A DNA stretch of 64,000 bases from the human T2T-CHM13v2.0 reference genome, Homo sapiens, in NCBI RefSeq assembly GCF_009914755.1, contig NC_060928.1. One strand, 5' to 3'. The translations under genes and the position numbers were made by a program. Numbering within the stretch: position 1 is the first letter of the stretch; every line of letters starts with the position of its first letter. The notes under the pieces were generated by a model. That model searched no databases and was not told the origin of the DNA. It saw only the letters and a program-made list of their open reading frames with translations. This document shows positions 14,960 through 29,953 of this stretch, in pieces.

Positions 14960-15110
14960 TAGCAACTATGCTATGTAACTGTGGGCAAGTTTCCTCCACG
15001 GGCATTGGTTTTCTTCTCTATAAAATGCAGAATAACACGAGTAATTACCCATAGTACTACTGTGACAAACGATAAGTATTAGGGAATGTCACTATGCATT
15101 TTAAGTACAA
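14960..15110 (+). mobile_element. MIR remnant
   Basis: ctatgtaactgtgggcaagtt...ggttttcttctctataaaatgcagaataac. Confidence 0.55.
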
Positions 15111-17132
15111 ACACTTTATCAACTCAATTACTAAGAAGGCTTTGCCTTTCTTCTTTCGTTATGTTCTGGGAAATGTCTGCTACCCGTTAATCATTATCCA
15201 CTGGAAAGGATGATCTTTCTATTGGTCAGTTGTTGCAGTATGTAAGTCTGTGGCCCAGCCCTGTATCTCTGTGTTTTTTTACTTCAGCGTTCTTTGTCAA
15301 ACTGAGTGCAGGTAATAAATGTCATCCCTAGTTAATTCATGATCTGCCAATGTAAGCAGTTGTCATTTAAAAAAAACTGAAGCTAAACGTTTTTAAAAAT
15401 GCCGACACTATCTTGTTCCTTCCCCCAGAATGAGTTAGCTTAATTACATGCTTTATTATTAATGCTATTTCTTAATACGTGCGATGCATATAATGAGATC
15501 CAGGGAGCAGAAACACTGGTGAATCAAACATTTTAATAGGCTATAATAAATTTAACAGATTATGGGTCCCAAAGTGTTATCATTTTAGTGCTTCTGAAGT
15601 GAAAATTAAGATATTAGTGAAGTAATGTGTAGAAAATGCCCATATCTATAAACTTTTGTGGAAAAAAAAGAGACTTGAAAAAGTCATAAGGAAAAAAGTT
15701 TAAAAAAATAAGGAATAAAACCCTTTTATTTTAGATATGGCTCACCAAGTCTTCAAATATGAAATGTAAACAGGCTTAGAAAGCCAAGTAGTAGTAGTAA
15801 TAAAATATGATTGTTCTACTATTGCCTCATAGATTTGTTTTGCCCTCCTGTTTAAAAATATCCCTTTTCTACAAGCTTAAGAATTCAAACCATTTTTCTC
15901 AAGAAAAGGATAAATGAAATAAGTTGCTCTTGTGGCATTTACTATTGGATAATACATGGAGAACACTGGAAAATTTAGGTTATATTATCAAATTGTGCTT
16001 TAAAATTAAACTCCGGATGGCCAAAAGTACATCTGACAACTTTGCCCTTCTGAATAAGAATGACTTCTGTGACCCTGGGTTATGGCCAGGTTGTGAATAT
16101 TCTCATTTTCCTAAAGAATCATGAAAATATCATAACTTAATATTATTTAGTGAATTTATTTTTCTCATTTCTTCTGAAAAGCTTAAGTTTTTATATAAAT
16201 AACTCATCCTCTTAATATTTTTTTAACTCAAGTATAAAACAGAAACAAGAAAGAAGGAAGGAAGCAAAAGACAATAGCTACAGAGATGGTTAACTCCAAT
16301 TAGGCTCCAATCAGGATTCAATAACTCTCTCCAGTGAAAATTAGGCCAATCCTGAAAATAAAGACGTTTATTATCAGTTATTTTTTATTCTTACAAGTGT
16401 GGAAAAAAACTCATTTCTTTCAAGTTCCTGGATTTTTTTTTTGTCTTAGTGTATATAACAGTTCCCTAAAATCTTCATCCTGTGGACACAATTCTGGGCT
16501 TAATTCAGTCATTTATAGAGCACTCTACAGTGTAAATCTGTTTCACTTATAAAGATCTCATCAGATCTTCATTGCATCTTTAAAATGGAAAGATTATCCT
16601 TTATATTTTCCAAAGATGAATCATGACTCAGAAATTGAGTGGCCAAAGATTGCTCAATTTATAGTTGATGTCACAGAAGAAGTTCTGGATTCCTGACTTG
16701 AAACTCCATGAATTTCCCTAAATACAATATTAGTTATCTGAAAAGAGAGAACCAAAATGTAAATTTGCAGTGTTTATGCCTTACAAGGGATTCCAGAGAC
16801 CTAGCCTACTTCATTTTTTTTGTTTTTGGTGTTTTTTTGTATTAAAAGGATACTACATGTAAAAGTAAGACTATAAAGACTATTTTGATGATTTTACACT
16901 TATTAAGCTAACATTTTTAAACACAAAATATACAACACAATATATTGAGTGTTTTATAAAATAAGTGTAATTGTTAGAATGACATGTGATTTGCAGTGCC
17001 CTACAGGTGAACCCAACAGGGAACACCCATTTAAATTTCAATGATGACTATAGCCTCTTTCATAAGTATGAAACCCAAGCCCAACTCTGTCACTTCCATC
17101 TACTCCCCACCATAACCAGGATCTACAACCTA

Positions 17133-17601
17133 CTATATAAGTTTTCTATTGCTTTGTAAGAAACTACCAGGAGCATATGGCTTAAAACAATGCACATTTG
17201 TTACCTTATATTTCTTGATGTCAGAAATGCAAAATCGGCCTCACTAGACTAAAATCAAGGGGGCTGGCAAATCAATGTTTGTTATGGAGGCTCTCTTGCC
17301 TTTCACAGCTCTTGGCATGCAGCCCACTCCCTCCCTCTTCAAAACTACCCATGGTGAATAGAATCCTCACAGTGCATCCCCTGACCTTCTTTTCTGTCTC
17401 CCCCATCTCCTTTTAAGAAACTTTGTGATTATAATGGGCCCACCCAGATGATTCAATAGACAATTTACCCATTTTAAAGTCAGTTGATTAACAAACTGCA
17501 TTTCGTCTGCAACCTTAATTCCCCTTTGCATGTGAAACATGTCTCCGCTTCCATTCATTAAGACTTGGACCTTGTTGGGAGTCTATTTTTCTACTTAGCA
17601 C
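17133..17601 (-). mobile_element. MaLR solo LTR (MLT1C/D-like)
   Basis: ttttctattgct..ggcttaaaacaa..cacatttgtta...ctcactagactaaaatcaagg...tgggcccacccagatgattca...ccttaattcccctttgc. Confidence 0.75.
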
Positions 17602-19694
17602 ACTCACCTTCAATTATTTCCCTGCAGTCATCTGACTTGTACTAAGTAATAAAAATTAACATATGCTCGGCGTTGAATATATTTTTCCTTATGGTCACTG
17701 GTAGCTTTCCTTTCTAACAAAGTGCAGATAAGGAAGTTAAAACAAATGAGTGATGGGAGTGGCAGAGGAAATAAGTTCACCTGTGTAGTAAAAGGTTTGG
17801 GTGCCAAAGTCAGGTTTCAGTTCAGCTTAATAATTTAATGCTTAACTAACACTTCAGAAACTGACTCTATTTGTCTGTCTTGATTCCTGTGAGACATTTT
17901 AATTCATCTTGACCAGGAAAAGGTATTTAAGGACACAAACCTTCATTCCACAGAATATGAAAACCCAAGGATTTTAAATGTATGTAGTTTCCTAAACAGA
18001 TTTCACCAGGTGCAGTTTATGTGAAATGTCTAAGATAGAAAAAGAAAAAAAAGAAAAAGAAAATGGAGCATCTGTTTGAGTGGATCTTAACATGCACGTT
18101 TCATTTTCATTCATTTCATTATGGGACAATTGATTCCAATGCTCATGATGCAGGCCCCTATCTGTGCTTCTGTGTATTTTAGGAGGTAGCTTTTTAAAGT
18201 TGGTTTTTTGTCCTTGTTTATTTGTTCATTTTTAGTGTTTTACATACTACTGGAGTTCCACTTGGCTCTTCAGCATTGCTCCCTTGAACTGCTGCAGACT
18301 AACTCCAACTGTGTAATTTACCATGTAGGTTTATCGACCTCATTCAGCTGCGTCTGGAACTCCATGGTTCTATAGGGTAGTCATGCAAAGCAACAGAGCA
18401 GCATGTGAACTGAGCTTTTGATGATTATCACAATGAGAAAATGAAAAACAAAAAAAAACCACAAAAATAAAAGAAACCTTTGCTTGTATTCTGTGAATGC
18501 TTTTGTACGATTAATCCACACTTTGCCCAACTGGGTTTAATGCCTGACTTTGCAGCATGTAGATTTTTCAGCACAGTGGTAGGCACAAAGCAAGTGCTTA
18601 ATAAGTCTCTGTTGGATTGCATGTCATTGTGAAGATAGTATTTTTCGCATTAGTTGCTTGTCAATATCTCTTTTCCTGACTAGGACTCCCTCTGTCTTCC
18701 TGTCTTTCTGTGGGTGTAATCATAGAGCCTTACAAGGGCTTGACTCAAATAAATTGGAAGGTGAAATCCAGCTGTAGTCCAGCATGCTTTCTCTGTTCTA
18801 TTTTACACCAGCCTTGCTATCCTCTGCTATTAGAATTATACATTTTAGATAAATGAGATCTTGCAGCCTTTTACACACAGTAGGAATTCAATATTTTTAT
18901 GAGGCTAAGAAGAAATCACAGAAGAGATGGTTTCAGAGGTAGGGAAGATTTAAACAAACATATTCCAAGGAACTTATCTTTGGGAATGTCTTTGCTTTTC
19001 CACAAAGATATTAAGCTTAAGGAAACCTTGCCATTTCTGTGCTTTCCGTTAAGTTAATTAACTAAGATGTTTGATTAGTATGCATATTTTGTGATATTCC
19101 AAGATACATTAACATTTTCAAAGCCAGGCAGTATGCTAAGGAATTTCTCAATAAGTGAACAAAGTCTACCCTGAAATCATTGATTTCAGTCATTTAGTCA
19201 CTGATCCAACCCATATACTCTTACGGTTTCAAAGTCATATGGTTTAAGAGAATTAAACAACTGAAAAGAATAGTAAATATCACCTATTAAAATTCCCTCA
19301 TTTTAAAGTTGAAGGTATTAATGCTGAAAGATTAGGTATTGTCCCATATTTCACACAACATCAAAACCACTATTTGAATCCAAGTCCCCCAAACCCCTAA
19401 TTCAGTTATTTCCAAAAGAACAAGACATATTAAAACATGTTAATATGTAGCAATTGGTAAAAACAATTTTTAAGATACTGTCATTGAAACAGAGCTATAA
19501 TGGATAAATGCTGCCTATAAAGGCTATACAGTATAGTTGAAAAGTCCAGAATAGTGTGTAAACATTTTAATACAATTGAAGAACTATAAATGTTGAAACA
19601 ATGAGATATATTTGGTTCAATAGCAGCTACACTTTCCAGTAATTTGATATATTAGAAAAGTGCTGTTATATAGCATCTTGAATATTGCATTTCA

Positions 19695-20120
<426 letters not shown>

Positions 20121-20208
20121 CTATGGACTTCTCAGCAACTGTGTATGAAGATGAAGAACACTGGGCTATGGAGACCTCCAGCAGGGGAGTTAAAGAAATG
20201 GGCTTCCT

Positions 20209-21253
20209 TGGCAACAAAAGCCAAAATAGACAAATGGGATCTGATTACCTAAAGAGCTTCTGCACAGCAAAAGAAACTATCATCAGAGTGAACAGGCAAC
20301 CTACAGAATGCGAGAAAATTTTTGCAATCTACCCATCGACAAAGGGCTAATATCCAGAATCTACAAGGAACTTAAACAAATTTACAAGAAAAAACAACCC
20401 CATCAAAAAGTGGGCAAAGAATATGAACGGACACTTCTCAAAAGAAGACATTTACTCAGCCAATGTCATATGCAAAAATGCTTATCATCACTGGTCATCA
20501 GAGAAATGCAAATTAAAACCACAATGAGATACCATCTCACACCAGTTAGAATGGTGATCATTAAAAAGTCAGGAAACAACAGATGCTGGAGAGGATGTAG
20601 AGAAATAGGAATGCTTTTACACTGTTGGTGGGGGTGTAAATTAGTTCAACCACTGTGGAAGACAGTGTGGCGATTCCTCAAGGATCTGGAACTAGAATTA
20701 CCATTTGACACAGCAATCCCATTATTGGGCATATACCCAAAGCATTATAAATCATGCTACTATAAAGACACATGCACACGTATGTTTATTGCGGCACTAC
20801 TCACAATAGCAAAGACTTGAAACCAATCCAAATGTCCAGCAATGATAAACTAGATTAAGAAAATGTGGCACATATACACCATGGAATACTATGCAGCCAT
20901 AAAAAGAATGAGTTCATGTCCTTTGTGGGGACATGGATGAAGCTGGAAACCATCATTCTAAGCAAACTATTACAAGGACAGAAAACCATTCACTGCATGT
21001 TCTCACTTGTAGGTGGGAGTTAAACAATTAGAACACATGGACACAGGGCAGGGAACACCACACACCAGGGCCGGTTCGGGGGTGAGGGGCTAGGGGAGGG
21101 ATAGCATTAGGAGAAATACCTAAATTACGAGTTGATGGGTGCAGCAAACCAGCATGGCACATGTATGCCTATGTAACAAACCTGCACATTGTGCACATGT
21201 ACCCTAGAACTTAAAGAATAATAAAAAAAAAAAAGAAGAAAAGAAAAGAGAAA
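20209..21253 (+). mobile_element. 5'-truncated L1PA (about PA5-PA7), ORF2 C-terminus plus 3' UTR
   Basis: ORF2 peptides [16 protein letters not shown] and CWRGC..HCWW; perfect 17-bp TSD aaagaaatgggcttcct (20192-20208, 21254-21270) at a TT/AAAG endonuclease site. Confidence 0.95.
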
Positions 21254-21492
21254 AAAGAAATGGGCTTCCTAATTAAAGAGTCCCCTATGGAGTACATTGA
21301 TTAAAAATTGCAATGAAGAAAAAAGTGAAAGCACAAATGCCCAATGCTAAGGTGATATAGATTAATTAGAGAATGTACAGAGATAAGAAATTAGGATAGC
21401 ATCCTTTAGTATAATTGGCCATAAGGTGGAAAAATGTGGGAATGAGGAGTTTACAGTATTTTTGTCTCTCAGAATGTCACACAACAAAGATT

Positions 21493-24320
21493 AAATCAAC
21501 TAGAAAATCTAGAAGAAACCGGTAAATTTCTGGACACATACACACTCCCAAGATTAAACCAGGAAGAAGTTGAATCCCTGAATAGACCAATAACAAGTTC
21601 TGAAATTGAGGCAGTAATTAATTGCCTACCAACCAAAAAAATCCCAGGACCAGAAGGATTCACAGCCAAATTCTACCAGAGGTACAAAGAGGAGCTGGTA
21701 CCATTTCTTCTGAAACTATTCCAAACAATAGAAAAAGAGGATCTGGTACCATTTCTTCTGAAACTATTCCAAACAATAGAAAAAGAGGGCCTCCTCCCTA
21801 ACTCATTTTGTGAGGCCAGCATCATCCTGATACCAAAAGCTGGCAGAGACACAGAAAAAAGAAAATTTCAGGCCAATATCCCTGATGAACATCCATGTGA
21901 AAATCCTCGATAAAATACTGGCAAAGCAAATGCAGTAGCATATCAAAAAGCTTATGTACCACGATCAAGTCAGCTTCATCCCTGGGATGCAAGGCTGGTT
22001 CAACATATGCAAATCAATAAACATAGTCCATCAGATAAACAGAACCAATGACGAAAATGACATGATTATCTCAATGGATGCAAAAAAGACCTTAGATAAA
22101 ATTCAACACCCCTTCATGCTAAAAACACTCAATAAACTAGGTATTGATGGAACATATCTCAAAATAATAAGAACTATGTATGACAAACCTACAGTCAATA
22201 TCATACTGAATGGGCCAAAGCTGGAAGCATTCTGTTTGAAAAACGGCACAAGACAAGGATGCCCTCTCTCACCATTCCTATTCAACATAGAATCTGAAGT
22301 TCTGGCCAGGGCAATCAGGCAAGAGAAAGAAATAAATGGTATTCAAATAGAAAGAGAGGAAGTCAAATTATCTCTGTTTGCAGATGACATGATTGTATAT
22401 TTAGAAAACCCATCTTCTCAGCCCAAAAACTCTTTAAGCTGATAAGCAATTTCAGCAAAGTCTCAGGATACAAAATCAATGTGCAAAAATCACAAGCATT
22501 CCTATACACCAGTAATAGAAAAACAGCCAAATTATGAGCAAACTCCCATTTGCAATTGCTACAAAGAGAATAAAATACTTAGGAATACAACTTACAAAGG
22601 ATGTGAAGGACCTCTTCAAGGAGAACTACAAACCACTGCTCAAGGAAATAAGAGAGGACACAAACAGATGGAAAACATTCCATGCTCATGGGTAGGATGA
22701 ATCAATATCGTGAACATGGCCATACTGACCAAAGTAATTTATAGATTCAATGCTATTCCCATCAAGCTACCATTGACTTTCTTCACAGCATTAGAAAAAA
22801 ATACTTTAAATTTCATTCGGAGCCAAAAAAGAGCCCATATAGCCAAGAAAATCTTAAGCCAAAAGAACAAAGATGGAGGCATCACGCTACTTGACTTCAA
22901 ACTATACTACAAGGCTACAGTAACCAAAACCTAGTGGTACTAGTACCAAAACAAATATGTAGACCAATGGAACAGAATGGAGGCCTCAGAAATAACACCA
23001 CACATCTACAACCATCTGATCTTTGGCAAGCCTGACAAAAACAAGCAATGGAGAAAGGATTCCCTGTTTAATAAATGGTGTTGGGAAAACTGGCTAGCCA
23101 TATGCAGAAAACTGAAACTGGACCCCTTCCTTACACCTTATACAAAAATTAACTCAAGATGGATTAAAGATTTATATGAAAGACCTAAAACCATAAAAAC
23201 CCTAGAAGAAAACCTAGGCAATACCATTCAGGACATAGGCATGGGCAAAGACTTCATGACTAAAACACCAAAAGCAATTGCAACAAAAGCCAAAATTGAC
23301 ATATGGAATCTAATTAAAGAGCTTCTGCACAGCAAAAGAATCTATCAGAGTGAACAGGCAAACTACAGAATGGGAGAAAATTTTTGCATTCTATCCATCT
23401 GACAAAGGGCTAATATCCAGAATCCACAAGAAACTTAACAAATTTACGAGAAAATGCAACCCCGTTAAAAAGTGGGCAAAGGATATGGACAGCCAAAAGA
23501 AGACATTTTTAAGCATCCAACAAACATATGAAAAAAAGCCCATCATCACCAGTCATCAGAGAAATTCAAATCAAAACCACAATGAGATACCCTCTCATAC
23601 CAGTTAGAATGGTGATCATTAAAAAGTCAGGAAACAACAGATGCTGGAGAGGATGTGGAGAAATGGGAATGCTTTTACACTGTTCTTGGGAGCATAAATT
23701 AGTTCAACCATTCTGGAAGACAGGGTGGTGATTCCTCAAGGATCTAGAACTAGAAATACCATTTGACCCAGCAATCTCATGACTGGGTATATACCCAAAG
23801 GATTATAAATCATGCTACTATAAAGACACATGCACACGTATGTTTACTGTAACACTATTCACAAGAGTGAAGACTTGGAACCAACCCAAATGCCCATCAA
23901 TATTAGACTGGATAAAGAAACTGTGGCACATACACACCATGGAATACTATGCAGCCATAAAAAAGAATGAGTTCATGTTGTTTGCATGGACATGGATGAA
24001 GTTGGAAACCATCCTTGTCAGCAAACTAACACAGGAACAGAAAGCCAAACACCACATGTTCTCACTCATAAGTGGGAGTTGAACAATGAAAACACATGGG
24101 CACAGGGAGAGGAACATCACCTACCAGGGCCTGTTGGAGGTTGTGGGGGCAAGGGGAGGGAGAGCATTAGGAGAAATACCTAATGTAGGTGATGGGTTGA
24201 TGGGTGCAGCGAACCACCAGGGCATCTGTATACCTATGTAACAAACCTGCACATTCTACACATGTATCCAGAACTTAAGGTATATTAAAAAAAAAATCAC
24301 CCCCCCCCCCAAAAAAAAGA
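21493..24320 (+). mobile_element. 5'-truncated L1PA (about PA7-PA8) with decayed ORF2 reverse transcriptase and C-domain
   Basis: Fragments [16 protein letters not shown] and [11 protein letters not shown] broken by stops and frameshifts; 3' UTR and A tail; no TSD found. Confidence 0.95.
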
Positions 24321-24324
24321 ACTA

Positions 24325-24480
24325 CTAGAACATAGCCATGTCCATTTATTTACAGATGTTCTATGGCTGTTTTTACACTCCGTTGGCAAAGCCGAGTAGC
24401 TGTGGCAGAGACCTATGGCCCACAAAACCTAAAATATTTACTTTCTGGCATATTACAGAAAAAGTTTGCCAGACCCTTGA
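24325..24480 (+). mobile_element. MER58A-like hAT-Charlie MITE, 5' part missing
   Basis: gaacatagccatgtccattt..ctatggctg..tatggcccacaaaacctaaaatatttact..acagaaaaagtttgcc. Confidence 0.8.
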
Positions 24481-27400
24481 CTAGGTTTAAAATAACGCAG
24501 CAATAAAGAGCAAAACCTAAATTGAATGATTGTGTTAACAATATAGAGGAACCACAATTTGTGTTTTAAAATATAATATCTTTTTTAGAAGTTTTTAGAA
24601 AAACAATTGCCTACATTAACTAAGAGTTTTAGGCTTTGGCTATTCTGTTTCCTGACATTTTTCATTAGTGGCGGAAAAAACCCGAGAAGCTGACTTGCAC
24701 TTTTAGGCTAGAGTAGTTCTTGCATTAGTCTGAATATTGAAATTCATTATTTTCTTCTCATTTGCAAAATCAGAATATTAATCTGATCCACATAGGGATG
24801 GCACGAAAAGTGACAACATAAATGAAATGAATAGCATTTTCCTGGCACAGAGTAGCTGCTTTTTTTAAAAAAAAAATTAATATCATTGTTTTGTTGCAAT
24901 AATTAAATAGTTTGTAATCACTGGACTAAGAATTATAATAAGCACCTACACTCATAATTTCTAAAGTACAGATATAAACAATAATGTCAAATATGTAATT
25001 GCATTCAAGTCAAAGGAAATATAGTTATTTAACTTCTGCCCCAAATGAGAGTTTTAATTAATGAATCCAAATGTCTCAACATGTTTCTTGTTAATATCCT
25101 TTCATCTGCTATTGACTTGAAAGAAAGAAAGGCAGTTTGAAGTATGGAGGCATCTTGAAATGTTAGCAAAAGAAAACACCCCTAAAAAGTTTAAAGGCCT
25201 AACTAAAGTTTGTTTCAGAGTTCTGCCAGATATAGTCCAACTAATGCACTATGGAATCCTAAATATGTTTGTTCAATAGCCACTGACACTGGTTGAGACT
25301 GTTTGCAGATTAATCAGTGCCTGTTCATTTGCAAGGAAAGATCTCACAGCCTTAGCCCCTCTTTAAAAATGAAATGCAGCACTCCTTATAATAATGCAAT
25401 GTTCTGCTCCATGACTGTTTCAGTGCTTTTTGACTGACAAAAAGAGTCATTAGAATTCTGTTTGATGGACATAACTAAGTGAATTGGAAAAAATAAAAAA
25501 GCCTTTTCAGCCCATTCAGAAATAATTGATGTGACTGAGACAGCTGTATGTGAGTTCCAGATAAGGAGACGATTTATGGAGAAACTACTGAAGCTAAAAA
25601 GGAAGGTGCAGATTTAAAGTTCCCAATAAAGTTGTCTGTAAGACAAAGAGCAGTATTCAATAAGGAAAGAGATTTAACCTGAGGTTCTTTCCAATAGATG
25701 GCATCCTTAGGGTCCTATCCTTTTGCCAATAAAATCCCCATAAAGGTAGTGTCACTAGGTTATAAAAAATGGACTCCAAGGGGAAAGCATCTGCACTCTT
25801 AGCCTTGTGCTATATTTTCTGTTTTACTGTAACTATTGTGTACAGGTTGTAACTTAGAAAATTTTGCTTAGTAGATGAAAGGCACTTATTTTTAATACGT
25901 CCGATTGTGGGACATAATATTTGCTTTTATGATGTGATGGTTACTTTCTAATTAATCTAACCAGGATGGATAAAAATAAAGTTTTTAATATTATTATTAT
26001 ATATATATTTGTTAATATTCTTCTGGTCTCTATTGCTTTTCTTGGAAACTATACAGGAACTTTTGGACAAATATTTTTCCAAATAGGTAACACCTGTGAA
26101 TGTTACACATATTTTGCAATCATTGTATTCTGAAAGCAGAATACATTAATAATATAATATTGATAACATTAATAGTCATGTGAATTTCAAAATTAACTTC
26201 CTCAAATGTGCAGATTATAAGTAGTAAATGTTACTACATCAGTACTGTCAAAAAGGTAGGGTGGTTATATAGTTCTCTAAAATTAAAAAAATAATAAAAA
26301 TGAAGTCACAAAACAAAATAAAAAATAAAGAAGTTATTATAGTACAATTTTGACTTCTGCTTTCTAGAGATTTAAAAATATGGACTTTTTTGAAAATTGT
26401 TTCAGTCTTCTAGTGAATTTGAAATATGTGGACTTAACTTTCCTTGAACTCTCTGTGTGGAGAGCGGGATAGAATTTGGCTGCTAGTTTATTTTTTGAAA
26501 AAAAGGTACAGTTTTTGAGAGCTTTTCATGTCATCTCTAAATCTGTCAACTGCCTACATTTAGGGTGACTGTTAGGTGCTTTATGTTATCAATCATAGAG
26601 ATGCAATTTTACGAAAGGGAATAATGAATCAAATGCTCACGTCATTTTCCCTTCATGAGTGCCTTATCCTTTGCAATAATATCATTAGAACAGAAGCCTT
26701 CTTTCTGCAATCCAGATGGATTCTAATTCTTCTCTTTACCTAAGAAGGCAGTCTTTCTCTTGATCCCAGTTTCACCAATATGCCCATTTTAGCATCTGTT
26801 TATATTTTTCAGAAAACAAAACTACCCAGTGCAAATGCATTTACTGGATATGTCACATAGTACACCCCACAGCAGTCAATTTAATAAATCCTAATTTGCT
26901 ATGTTTGTCCTTTTAAGTCTCTGAGATTAGTTTCATTCAGAAATGATCACTGTAATCGCACACCCCTTCCTCTGATCTCACCCACATTTTAGGGCAGAGG
27001 GGAGGATATGAAAAGGCCACCATGTTCAGGCCTCCCAACAGCAGAAGAGCAAGCATGGCAGATAGAGGACCTCTCCCTTAACACTTTTGCCTACTCGTGT
27101 GGCCTCTAGATTTCCAGAAAATAAAGTGAATAAAATTAAATAAGGAGAGAACAATGTTCATTATAAGTATATGGTAGTTTAAAAAAGTGTCAGCTCTAAT
27201 GCATTTCCATCAGCTGGAGGCTTAGAGGGAGAATGATGGTACGTACAATGCTGCAGGAATTGTACATTATCTGGGTTTTGCCTTTGAATATATTTGTAAC
27301 AAACTCTAAAATGTCTGAGTAGTACCTATAGGAGGGTATGTCCTTAAGTGAAAGTCTCTAGTATGTCATAATGGAAACAAAAATAGTTGATAAATACCAT

Positions 27401-28455
27401 TCCAAAATAACTGAATAGAGAAATATTCATGCTTAATGAATGATTAGATTCAAATAGCTTTTAAAAATGTTGAGTATTATTGTATGTACATATTTGCATT
27501 ACAAATAATTTGCATTTAGGAAAATAAAATTTTAGCACTTTAATAGGATAATTAGGTTTGAAATTTTTTGTGGATTTTAGAAATTCTATTTAGAAGCTTT
27601 ACTTGGCCAGCTCTATATTTTCTTAAAAAGCATCAAAACAATGGGCCATAACTCTAGTTATATAGCTGTGGCCTGAGGTATACTACCGTTTATAGTATAT
27701 GTCTTTGAGGGAGCTTAAGGCTCTTTTTATAAACTATCTCATTAATTCTGAGAGAATGTAAGTTAGCAAGGGGCAGTTACTATTGTCTCCATTATACATA
27801 CCCTGAGCCTAAGGCACAACAACCAAAAATCAGGTAACTTGTCCTCTAGGTCACGTAAGGTTTCTTGGAATAGAATTCTTTTCTTGTTCTGTTATTTTTT
27901 GTGTACTGTTTCTTTCCCATTAAACACACATACACACACATACCCCATTAATAAAATTCCTCAAAATATTTTACTGTTTTTATAATTATTCTGATTTTAT
28001 TTCTCTCTTAATTCTAGCTAGCTTGTCTTCTTTGCTCTCTTTCATTCTGCTCCCACCTTATCTTGTTGAGCACCCCTTTTTGCTTACATCTCCAAATGTT
28101 TATTTTAAAGCAAAACTTCTTCAGTGCCAATGAAGAAAGACACAAATGTAGATCAATAAATCAAACACTTTACAGAAATCTTTGTTTTAACTTCTACCCT
28201 ATTTCTCTCTTTTTTCATACTTTTAAGGGTAGTAGTACATTCCCACTTTCTCTATTTCTCCATTGATTGACAAGCCAATCTTCTACTTCTTTTGGTCCAA
28301 CCTACAATTGTTCCCCAGAGTTTAGAGATACTGTAGCCACAGTGGCCTTCTAAAGGATAAATCCAATGGGCATGTGGTAGTCAGCATCCTTCTTAATGTC
28401 TCTGATGCTTTTGATCACATAGGATTGCCTTTCTGGAAATGTTACGCTTCCTTGA

Positions 28456-28801
<346 letters not shown>

Positions 28802-29804
28802 CTCACCCTTTTTTTCAAATTGCTTGCTTCTAGCAATATGGAGTATGGAATCCATAATCAACTCCCAAATATGTATTATCTATCCAATTTCTTTTAGAGA
28901 TCTCAACCAACAAACCACTGCCTTTGCACTGCCTGTCCTAAATTCCTGAGTGTTACAGCATGTTGTTTATGCCTCCATTTTGCTGGAAACTTGATCACAT
29001 TATATTTTTGTGCTTTTATGTACTGATAAGGTTTTGAGTTTCTTAAATGTGTAGAATCATTGTTGGAGCACCCTCGAAACCCTGGAAAATAATGGGCATA
29101 AAAATAAATGGAGGTCTAGTGAATTAATGACTCAATCCAATCAGCTACATGGGCTTTCTTCATAATGGCCTTGCTGTCCGTTTTCACTGCCACTACCTTC
29201 TCTCAGCCTTACCTCTCGCTAGGTAAATATTTCATTATACTTTATCTTCTAGCATAATCTTCTGCCTTCAACATTTCTTCTTCCTCCTCTTTCATAAGGA
29301 ACTGTCAGAAAATGTCTTCATTATTGGCCTTTTATTTAGATAATTCACTTACCTAAAGAAATTCTTTGATTTTCACTCTCTTGTTTTAATTCATTCACAT
29401 ACCTCATCCACAGGTTTTGGAATAATTTTCTTTAAGATCTCTGTCTTGCAGTACTTATTCAAGTCTGTAGCTTGTCTTCATAATTTCAAAGAGCTGGCAG
29501 ACTGTCACTCTTCCTCAAGCTCTTTTGCTTTCTCTTCTATTAGATAGACCAATTTACATTTACAAGACACAAAATCGTTTATCACCCCAGACAGAAAAAT
29601 GCAAAGTTCAGACACTGCAATTTACTAAATGTCTTTATGACCATACTTTTAAGTCTCAAGATGGAACCAGGAGTCTACTGACTCTCCCTGGAAACTATTT
29701 TATACCCTTAAAGAACCAGCTAATTGCCTGGAGCACATTGCTTTTTGAACCTCTACCTATGTTCTTCCTGACAATAAAGTTTCTCATTCCTTTCTGTGCC
29801 TCTT

Positions 29805-29953
29805 CATCAGCTGGGGATTTTTAAAAACTCCCGATCTCTGAGTCCCGCCCTGAATGCTGATTCACTGGGTTTAAGTTGGGACCAGATATTGGCATTTGTT
29901 TTTTTCACAAGTTCTCTGGGTGATACTAAGTCACATCTAGGTTGAAGAATTAT
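29805..29953. mobile_element. MER5A-like fossil
   Basis: ctggggatttttaaaaa..ctgattcactgggttt..ggcatttgttttt..aagttctctgggtgatacta..ggttgaagaa. Confidence 0.6.

Noticed and set aside
20175-20192. ctccagcaggggag resembling a CTCF core
   Set aside because: Only a partial match; lacks the GGGGGC 3' half.
20123-24183. ORFs with reverse transcriptase motifs ([11 protein letters not shown])
   Set aside because: Fragments of two 5'-truncated, frameshifted L1 ORF2 copies; not an active element or a novel RT system.
24298-24310. Poly-C run inside the L1 A tail
   Set aside because: Ordinary homopolymer expansion in a decaying tail; no sign of a 3' transduction.
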